Below, one piece after another: positions 23,687 to 30,700 of a stretch of 32,000 nt of DNA. The stretch's first letter is position 1; each line of letters starts with the position of its first letter. The notes below the pieces were generated by a model. The model did not search any database. It was not told where the DNA came from and saw only the letters and a program-made list of their open reading frames with translations. Origin of the DNA: an uncultured Chloroflexia bacterium (lineage in GTDB: Bacteria; Chloroflexota; Anaerolineae; Anaerolineales; Anaerolineaceae); assembly GCA_963704755.1 (NCBI GenBank), contig OY969938.1, positions 3,360,001-3,392,000 on the forward strand, in the 5' to 3' direction. Position numbers and translations under genes: made by a program.

Positions 23687-23767
23687 CGGGGTGGTTTTAA
23701 AAAGTGTTTGATGTTTTTCGAGAGCAAAGCTCTCGAAAAACATCAAACACTTTTTAAAACCACCCCG
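23687..23767. repeat. Perfect hairpin with a 39-bp stem and 3-nt loop, the longest family member
   Basis: CGGGGTGGTTTTAAAAAGTGTTTGATGTTTTTCGAGAGC / aaa / GCTCTCGAAAAACATCAAACACTTTTTAAAACCACCCCG, verified base by base. Confidence 0.95.
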
Positions 23768-23937
23768 GAATTTGCTGCAGCGTGTTCACCGGTTCATGCC
23801 TGGGCGGCTGGCACGCTACAGCAAATCCCTTCGTTTGTCGGCTAAATCATCATACAGCGCTATCCAATGGACAAATCTGGAAAAAGCCTGGAAAAAGTCT
23901 GGATATTGGCGGATTCGGCCGGCGATGAAAAATAGAT

Positions 23938-24645
23938 CTAGGGGAAGATTAATGCGGATACAAAAACAGCGCAAATCGCGCCGACGATCGGGCCAAACAC
24001 CGGCACCCAGGAATAGGCCCAGTCGCTGCCGCCTTTTCCGGAGATGGGCAGAAGGGCGTGGGCGATACGCGGACCTAAATCACGGGCGGGGTTCATCGAG
24101 TAGCCGGTCGGCCCACCCAGGGAGATACCTAACGCCCACACGACTGCACCAACCAGGGGGGCAGCGCCGGCGGCGAGGCCGGGGGCTTTACCAACGGCAG
24201 TGGCCAGCAGGCCGAGCATGAAGGTGGCGATTACTTCGGTCAAAAAGTTCATTCCATAATTGCGAATGGCCGGAGCAGTGGAGAAAACGCCTAATTTCAG
24301 TGCCGGGTCCTCGGTTTGGGACCAGTGCGGCAGGTAGGCTAACCAGACGACCACAGCGCCGATGATTGCACCGGCGAATTCGCCCAACAGGTTCATCAAA
24401 GCGGTGTTGAAGTCGCCGCCCTGGACCATTGAGGCAATCTGGAAGGCGGGGTTGACGCTGCCCGGGCCGCCCATCACACTGGAAACAAACACGCCTGCCA
24501 TCACGGCCAGACCCCACCCGGTGGTGACGACGATCCAGCCGGAGTTCTGGCCTTTGGTCTTGGAAAGCAGCACGTTGGCTACGACGCCATCGCCTAAGAT
24601 GACGAGCGTCATGGTACCGAACAGTTCAGCTAAAAACATGGTCAT
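23938..24645 (-). CDS. glpF: MIP-family channel, aquaglyceroporin type
   Basis: 235 aa from the ATG at 24645 (RBS GAGGAGA). It begins MTMFLAELFGTMTLVILGDG and has two NPA boxes, 'SVNPAF' and 'SMNPARDLGPR'. The Asp after the second NPAR favours the glycerol-facilitator class. The longer ORF-track start at 24762 is unlikely. Confidence 0.88.
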   Translation of the reverse strand: MTMFLAELFGTMTLVILGDGVVANVLLSKTKGQNSGWIVVTTGWGLAVMAGVFVSSVMGGPGSVNPAFQIASMVQGGDFNTALMNLLGEFAGAIIGAVVVWLAYLPHWSQTEDPALKLGVFSTAPAIRNYGMNFLTEVIATFMLGLLATAVGKAPGLAAGAAPLVGAVVWALGISLGGPTGYSMNPARDLGPRIAHALLPISGKGGSDWAYSWVPVFGPIVGAICAVFVSALIFP

Positions 24646-25188
24646 TCTCCTCTTCACGAAAGAATTTGAGCCCTGAAAGATCGCCGGCAGGTTTGGCCGG
24701 CCTGGGGGAGTCAAAACACACTTTCCCGGCTGCTCCGAAGCTGCCTGCCTGGTGATTTTCAATGGCCCAGAATTTGATTGGATGCTGAACAGGCCGTATA
24801 ATGAATAAGGATCACCGCCCAGCTCCTGTGGAAAAATGAATTCCCGATTTGTTTTTCCCTGTCAGGCCTATCCGGTAAAAACGAAAAATCTTTATTTCTT
24901 CACCTCCTTTTGAAAATTAAATAAATGCGGCAGTATTTCTGGGGAAGGGCTGCGCCATATCCACCGGTCGATGCTTGTCCCGTGCGAATAAGCCGGTCGC
25001 GAACGGAGGCTGGATCCTGTGACTGCCCCGGTGAACCGGCGCTCGCCGGGCTGATCGGTTCAGGTGAGCGCATCCTGTTGAGTTGCTCTCATCATACTGA
25101 TCCGGCGTTAGTGAAAGTCTGGAAAAAGATTGGAATTAGTCTGGATATAAAGCCGCTCGCTAACCACGCAGGCACGGGTTAAAAAAAT

Positions 25189-25241
25189 CCGAAATTGAGG
25201 TATTTGTGTGGGCTTCGTCCGCGCAAATACCTCAATTTCGG
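25189..25241. repeat. Hairpin (22-bp stem including two G-T pairs, 9-nt loop), close relative of 28514-28565
   Basis: CCGAAATTGAGGTATTTGTGTG / ggcttcgtc / CGCGCAAATACCTCAATTTCGG. It is flanked by ATCC on the 5' side and GGTTCT on the 3' side, like its relative. Confidence 0.9.
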
Positions 25242-25329
25242 GGTTCTCAGCCATGAGACTGAGCAGTGACGCCGCTCTTACGCGAACCAAAATCTGTTGC
25301 AGTTCTTCCTTTTTTACGGAGCTTATTCA

Positions 25330-28300
25330 GTGGACCCATCATTGTTGAACCTGAAAACCGTTCGCCGTGCTCTGCGAGATTGGAGTCTGTTATCGAGTTT
25401 GGGTGAAAGCCCGTTGAGCGGGCTGGGGATCGTCCAGGCCCGGCTCAACCAGGCCGGTTATACGGCCAGCCCGGCCGGGCGTGGATTGGCCTTGAGAGAG
25501 CAAATCCAGGCGGCCATCGATTTGCTCAGGCCGGATGGCGGCTCGCCTGAGCCGTACGAAAAACGCTGGCGGCCTTACCTGATCATTACCGAGCAATACC
25601 TGCAAAACCGTAACCCCGAGTTCGTTCAGTCAGAGCTGCAAATTTCCCGCGGAACCTATTTTGAAGAACAAAACCGGGCTTTGCTCATGCTGGTGGACAT
25701 CCTTAAAAGAATGGAGGAGCAGATCCAGCTCAGCCAGAAAGAAGGGCAGCCGCTTGAATTACAACCCGCGCGGCCGGCCCAGCGCCCGGTTTTTCTGGCC
25801 CCGGCGCACCCGGCGTATGACCTGATTGGCCGGGATGAGCTGGTAGGGGAGCTCAAGCAGCGCCTGCTGGCCCATGAGCGGCCGCCGGTCCTGGCCCTGC
25901 ACGGGCTGCCCGGGGTGGGTAAAACGCGGATTGCAGTCGAACTGGCCAATGACGGCGAGGTTCTGGAGCGCTATTGCGACGGCGTCTTGTGGGCCGGGCT
26001 GGGCCGCCAGCCGGACGTGCTGGCTCAATTGGGCCTTTGGGCTTCAGCGGTCGGGCTGCCCTTCGAGGCCATCACCAACTGCCGTGACTTGCTGGGGCGG
26101 GCCGAGCTGATCCACACGGCTATTGGTATGCGGCGCATGCTGCTGGTGCTGGACGACGCCTGGCAGGCCGACGCTGCCCTGGCTCTCAAAATCGGCGGCC
26201 CCGGGTGTGCCTATCTCTTGACCACGCGCCGGGCCGATATTGCCCTGGATTTTTCCGGCGAAAATGTGTGGGCCGTTCACGAGCTGGAGCTTGAGGACGG
26301 GCTGGATTTGCTCTTCCAGGCCGCGCCGCACCTGGCAGGGGCAGGGCGGGAAGAGACGGTCGAACTGGTGCGCTCAGTTGGGGGTCTGCCGTTGGCGGTC
26401 ATATTGATGGGACGCTACCTGCATAAGCAGAGCTACGGCGCCCAGGCCCGGCGGCTGAACGAAGCCCTGGCCCGCTTAAAGCTGACCGAGGCGCGCCTGA
26501 ACCTGGCCCAGGCCCAATCGCCGCTGGAGGCCGGCCACGACTACCAGCCGGATATCCCTTATTCGCTCAAGAAAGTGATCGGCCTCAGCGACATGGCCCT
26601 GGATGCTGCCGCCCACCAGGCCCTGCTGAGCCTGGTGTTCTTTCCGCCCAAGCCGAACACTTTTTCCGAAACGGCTGCCCTGGCGGTGATCGGGCAACCG
26701 GTGGAGGTGCTCGACCGGCTGGTTGATTGCGGGCTGGTGGAGCCGCAGAAACCGGGCCGCTACAGCCTGCACCAGACCATCACCGATTACGCCTCCCTCC
26801 AGGAAAAAGGCCCGGGTGCGGCGGAGCGGATGCTGGCTTATTTTGTGGAATACACTGCCGGCCATGCCGATCAATTCGATGACCTGGAACTGGAGTTAAA
26901 CAACATCCAGGCCGCGCTGGCCATAGCCAACCAGGCCAACCAGTTTTCTACCTTGATCGCGCTGGTCAGCGCGCTGTACCCGTTTTTGGAGACCCGCGGT
27001 TTGTTTACAATTTGCGAACAACAATTGGCCCTGGTGAGTGAGATTGCGGACAACCTTGGCGATCAAGAGGAACGGGCTTATGTGCTGCACTGGCTGGGCA
27101 GTTTCGTGGTCAAGCGCGGCCATTTTGAAGAAGCCCTGGGCTATTTGCAAAGCAGCATCCTGCTGGCCCAGGCTGCCCGGACGAAGGGGATCGCCCGGCC
27201 GGATCTCTTTAGCCTGTATGGGGTGCGCACCGTCCGCCCGGTTTTGGACGATGAACTGCGAGCAGACCTGCAGCTTCCGCCGACGACCTCGCTGTACGGT
27301 GTTCGCAGCGCCAGCCTGGAAGGCAAAGACCGCCTGCGCGCGCTGGAGGGGCACAACCTGTTCGACCTGGGGATGACGCGTATGTATATGGGCTACTTCA
27401 TCGAGGGCTGTGCCTACATCCAGAATGCCCTGCAGATTTACCAGGAATTGGGGCTCCTGACCGACCAGGGCCAGGCGCTGAACGCGCTCGGCTATGCCTA
27501 TGAGGAAATCTGCGATTACGCCAAGTCCAGGGCGACCCTGGAAGAAGCCCTGCGGGTCTGCCGGCTAAGCCGCAATGGCCGCGGAGAGGGCTGGGCGCAG
27601 CAGAACCTCAGTATGCTGTGCCTGTCCCAGGGCGATTTTTCGGGCGCAGCGGAACACTCCGGAGAGTGCCTGGAGATTTATGCGCGGTTCGGCGATAAAC
27701 GCGGTACCGGCTGGCAGCTCCATCACCAGGCGCGTATCCAGCGCCAGATAGGAAATTATGCGCCGGCGGAAGAGAACTCTCGACAAGCGCTGGCGATCTT
27801 TACCGAAATCGGAGACTGGATGGGACGTGCCTTTACCACCCAGTTGCAGGGGTTGATCCATACTGCCTTTGGCGAGAACGAACAGGCGGCGGACGATTAT
27901 ACCCAGGCACTGCAAATTTTCGAGAAGATCCAGTGCAAGGCTGGGATCGCCCAGTATTACCAGCGCATGGGCGCGCTGCTGCGCGCCAACGATGACGCGC
28001 CCGGAGCTGTGCCATACCTGGAGCGCGGCCTGGAGCTGGCCCGTGAGATCATGTTCTCGCGCGGCGAATCGGCCTGCCTGGCCGAGTTGGGCCTGGCTTA
28101 CCTGCGTTTGGGCGAGAACTCGCGGGCGCAAGAATCCGGGCTGAAGGCGGTGCGTATCGCGGTGAGCATTGGCGCCCGGCCGGCTCAGGCACGGGCTCGC
28201 CTGGCGCTGGGACAGATTTACCTGGAAAACGGCTGCCTGGCCGGAGCCGAAAACGAATTCCGCCAGTCGCTCGACCTGCGCAAGGCATTAGGCCAGGAGC

Positions 28301-28377
28301 ACCTGACTGCTGAACCGGCGGTCGGGTTGGCGAACGCGACCCGCCTGGACACGAATGCCGTTCCGCTGAGGGTGTAA
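25330..28377 (+). CDS. STAND NTPase with an N-terminal HTH-like domain, an NB-ARC ATPase domain and C-terminal TPR repeats
   Basis: NB-ARC motifs are Walker A 'GLPGVGKT', Walker B 'LLVLDDAW', 'LLTTR' and 'GGLPLA'. An about 450-aa TPR-like C-terminus follows. The N-terminal 'ELQISRGTYFEEQNRALLMLVDIL' resembles a sigma-region-4/LuxR-like HTH. I prefer the GTG at 25330 (GGAG 8 nt upstream) over the ORF-track TTG at 25297. Confidence 0.8.
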   Translation: MDPSLLNLKTVRRALRDWSLLSSLGESPLSGLGIVQARLNQAGYTASPAGRGLALREQIQAAIDLLRPDGGSPEPYEKRWRPYLIITEQYLQNRNPEFVQSELQISRGTYFEEQNRALLMLVDILKRMEEQIQLSQKEGQPLELQPARPAQRPVFLAPAHPAYDLIGRDELVGELKQRLLAHERPPVLALHGLPGVGKTRIAVELANDGEVLERYCDGVLWAGLGRQPDVLAQLGLWASAVGLPFEAITNCRDLLGRAELIHTAIGMRRMLLVLDDAWQADAALALKIGGPGCAYLLTTRRADIALDFSGENVWAVHELELEDGLDLLFQAAPHLAGAGREETVELVRSVGGLPLAVILMGRYLHKQSYGAQARRLNEALARLKLTEARLNLAQAQSPLEAGHDYQPDIPYSLKKVIGLSDMALDAAAHQALLSLVFFPPKPNTFSETAALAVIGQPVEVLDRLVDCGLVEPQKPGRYSLHQTITDYASLQEKGPGAAERMLAYFVEYTAGHADQFDDLELELNNIQAALAIANQANQFSTLIALVSALYPFLETRGLFTICEQQLALVSEIADNLGDQEERAYVLHWLGSFVVKRGHFEEALGYLQSSILLAQAARTKGIARPDLFSLYGVRTVRPVLDDELRADLQLPPTTSLYGVRSASLEGKDRLRALEGHNLFDLGMTRMYMGYFIEGCAYIQNALQIYQELGLLTDQGQALNALGYAYEEICDYAKSRATLEEALRVCRLSRNGRGEGWAQQNLSMLCLSQGDFSGAAEHSGECLEIYARFGDKRGTGWQLHHQARIQRQIGNYAPAEENSRQALAIFTEIGDWMGRAFTTQLQGLIHTAFGENEQAADDYTQALQIFEKIQCKAGIAQYYQRMGALLRANDDAPGAVPYLERGLELAREIMFSRGESACLAELGLAYLRLGENSRAQESGLKAVRIAVSIGARPAQARARLALGQIYLENGCLAGAENEFRQSLDLRKALGQEHLTAEPAVGLANATRLDTNAVPLRV

Positions 28378-28513
28378 GTTCCGCCGCAGGCATCCTGGGT
28401 CAGCGCACCTGGCTGAAATACTCAATTTTTGTACACGAAAACCATGGCTTCTATCACTTTGCTTTATAAAAACTGACGTTAAAATGTAACTAATATGCCT
28501 GTGCAAGAAGGAT

Positions 28514-28565
28514 CCGCATTTGAGGTATTTGTGGGGTATAACCCCCACAAATACCTCAAATGCGG
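28514..28565. repeat. Perfect hairpin (23-bp stem, 6-nt loop), close relative of 25189-25241
   Basis: CCGCATTTGAGGTATTTGTGGGG / tataac / CCCCACAAATACCTCAAATGCGG, with the same ATCC...GGTTCT flanks. Confidence 0.9.
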
Positions 28566-28632
28566 GGTTCTAACCCATCGGTCGAGCGGTTATGTCTAAA
28601 CAAAGTGAGCGGAAGTAGCGGGCAGGAAAATT

Positions 28633-29622
28633 ATGCTGCGTATAGCGAATATTTATAAAACATATGAGGGCCAACCTCTTTTACAGGATATCAACTTTAC
28701 TGTTGGAACAGGGGAAACGGTATGTTTATTAGGAGCTTCTGGAAGCGGTAAAAGCACTTTGCTGCGGATCATCGCCGGCCTCGAGCAGCCCGATTCGGGG
28801 CAGATCCTTTGGCAGGATGCCGACCTGGCCGGCGTGCCGGTCCACAAGCGCTATTTTGGGCTGATGTTCCAGGATTATGCACTGTTCCCGCACCGCAATG
28901 TGGCCGAAAATGTAGCCTTTGGCCTGCGCATGCAGGGACTATCCCGGGCGGAGATAGCCGCGCGGGTGGCGGATGCGCTCGAGCAAGTCAACCTGACCGC
29001 GTTCAGTTCCCGGCGGGTGACCGACCTTTCCGGCGGTGAGCAGCAGCGGGTGGCCCTGGCCCGCGCCCTGGCGCCACGCCCGCGGTTGCTCATGCTGGAC
29101 GAGCCGCTCGGTGCGTTGGACCGGGCCTTGCGCGAGCAGCTTGGCGGATTCCTGCGCGAGGTATTGCATGAGACCGGCATCCCGGCCATCTATGTGACCC
29201 ATGACCAGGAAGAAGCCTTTACGATCGCCGACCGGCTGGTGCTGCTCCACGAAGGCCACATCGAGCAGAGCGGGACCCCGGCTGAAGTTTACCAAAATCC
29301 GCTGACCCCCTGGGTGGCGCGCTTTTTGGGCCAAACCAACATTATCCCGGCGACAATTGTCGCCGATCGACCAATTCAACTTGAAACTGCCGCCGGGGCC
29401 TTCAAGTTGTTGTATAATTCAGCCAACCGGAAAGAACGTGGAACACCCGTCCACCTGTTAATCCGCGCACACAAATGGTCTGTCACTGACAATGCGGGGG
29501 GTGAAAACACGCTTCAGGGGTTGGTAGAGGATGTAGTATTTCAGGGCGAAGGATACCGGGTTACGCTGCGTAGCACTGGAGGGGATTCGCGTCCAATTTG
29601 TCTTGGAAAGGCCCATCCCTAA
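28633..29622 (+). CDS. ABC transporter ATP-binding protein (PotA/FbpC/ThiQ class with a TOBE-like C-terminus), 3' end probably frameshifted
   Basis: Motifs are 'GASGSGKSTLL', 'LSGGEQQRVALARAL' and 'LLMLDEPLGALD'. The last about 30 codons of a TOBE-like tail are readable in the +1 frame up to TAA 29675-29677 (see findings). Confidence 0.85.
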   Translation: MLRIANIYKTYEGQPLLQDINFTVGTGETVCLLGASGSGKSTLLRIIAGLEQPDSGQILWQDADLAGVPVHKRYFGLMFQDYALFPHRNVAENVAFGLRMQGLSRAEIAARVADALEQVNLTAFSSRRVTDLSGGEQQRVALARALAPRPRLLMLDEPLGALDRALREQLGGFLREVLHETGIPAIYVTHDQEEAFTIADRLVLLHEGHIEQSGTPAEVYQNPLTPWVARFLGQTNIIPATIVADRPIQLETAAGAFKLLYNSANRKERGTPVHLLIRAHKWSVTDNAGGENTLQGLVEDVVFQGEGYRVTLRSTGGDSRPICLGKAHP

Positions 29623-29681
29623 AGGTCAAAATCTTGCATTTGCTATCGATCCGGAATCTCTGCTTTGCCTGGAGTAAGAAG

Positions 29682-30164
29682 ATGGAAGACCTGACAATCA
29701 TTAAGAAAGACGCCACCGGCCAGGAAGTCTGGCGATATACCGGGAGAACGCTCAAGCGTAAATCTAAAGGCATCCTGCTAGAGGCCTTTTTTAATCGTGA
29801 GAATATTAACGTCGAAGGAATCCGGATGACTGAGGGCGACCGGTTTATTGAAGTGTATTTCACCGACCGCTGGTATAACATCTATGAGATTCACGATCCT
29901 CATTCAGGGGCTTTGCGAGGTTGGTACGCGAATATCTCCCGCCCGGCGCGGATGAACCAGGGCGAAATCGAGTACACCGACCTGGCGCTCGACCTGGTGG
30001 TGCTGCCGGATGGCCAGATGAAAGTGGTCGATGAGGATGAATTTGCCGCGTTGACGCTGCCGGCGGAAGACCAGGCCCGTGCCCTGGCTGCCCTGGAAGA
30101 ATTGAAGGGAATTTTCCTCGAACATCCCTACCTCTCGCTGGAGCGCTATTTCCGCAGCCTGTAG
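29682..30164 (+). CDS. DUF402-family protein (Ntdp/FomD-like putative nucleoside di/triphosphatase)
   Basis: 160 aa from the ATG at 29682. 'WYNIYEIHD...LRGWYANISRP...IEYTDLALDLVVLPDGQMKVVDEDEF' matches the DUF402 core pattern. Confidence 0.7.
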   Translation: MEDLTIIKKDATGQEVWRYTGRTLKRKSKGILLEAFFNRENINVEGIRMTEGDRFIEVYFTDRWYNIYEIHDPHSGALRGWYANISRPARMNQGEIEYTDLALDLVVLPDGQMKVVDEDEFAALTLPAEDQARALAALEELKGIFLEHPYLSLERYFRSL

Positions 30165-30217
30165 ACTTGCGGCAGCCCATTGTAATGATGGTGCGCGAAG
30201 GCGCACCCGGCCAGGCT

Positions 30218-30302
30218 GAGACCCACGCAGGTGGGTCTTTGTGTATTTGTGCCTGTGGCTTTGCAGGACTCCTGGTGAATAGCTCTCCTGGGTTTGAAAC
30301 CT
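30218..30302 (+). repeat. Dispersed about 80-bp element (copy B of 12716-12796)
   Basis: See 12716-12796. The shared features are a CCCACGCAGGTGGG hairpin, GTGTATTTGT and CCTGG.TTT.AAACCT. Confidence 0.7.
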
Positions 30303-30336
30303 ATGACGCCACTTTTATATTGAACGACCGGCATCT

Positions 30337-30491
30337 ACCCTCATCCCCACCTTCTCCCTCCCAGGGAGAGGGCGTTAAGCTTCTGCTCGCCGGCAGGAAA
30401 CGGATGAAGGGTTATGCGTCTGATCTGTTTTGTGTATTAGTTTGGCCAGTGCCCAATCCCTATTCCCGCCGGGGAGAGGCCAGGTGAGGGG
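30337..30491. repeat. GC-rich 'GEG' element, split or expanded copy
   Basis: ACCCTCATCCCCACCTTCTCCCTCCCAGGGAGAGGGCG ... CCGCCGGGGAGAGGCCAGGTGAGGGG. The outer CCCTCATCCCC / GGTGAGGGG arms resemble those at 10619-10711. Confidence 0.6.
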
Positions 30492-30584
30492 CGCGGCCGG
30501 CCGGCCAGGGTTTTGATATAAAGCAAGCGCATTCATTAACTGGCGTTGAAGAACGGCCTCGGTCTGGAGACCGGGCCGAACAAG

Positions 30585-30652
30585 GTGGCGTAGCCCGGCT
30601 TTCTAAGCCGGGAGAACGCCGGGTGGGAAAAACCTCGGATTTGGAAGCTCGT
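30585..30652 (-). repeat. Inverted, degenerate single copy of the 106-bp array core
   Basis: GGTGGCGTAGCCCGGCTTTCTAAGCCGGGA...CCTCGGATTTGGAAGCTCG compares with the reverse complement of the array core, GGTAGCGTAGCCCGGCTTTCAAAGCCGGGA...CCTCGGGTTGGAAACCCGAG. Confidence 0.65.
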
Positions 30653-30700
30653 TGTCTTTCTGATGGCCTTTTTAATCATTCGTGCTATCATTAATTAACA

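Noticed and set aside
24646-25296. Possible riboswitch or leader peptide upstream of the aquaglyceroporin gene
   Set aside because: The only strong SD on the - strand (AAGGAGG near 24905) is followed by a 3-codon GTG frame. I recognise no conserved riboswitch core. This is probably ordinary divergent promoter DNA.
22300-28632. The dehydrogenase/aquaglyceroporin/STAND interval as a bona fide mobile genomic island or defence island
   Set aside because: There is no integrase, transposase, tRNA attachment site, direct target duplication or recognisable defence effector. GC content is similar to the surroundings. Only rearrangement or insertion is proposed, not a defined mobile element.
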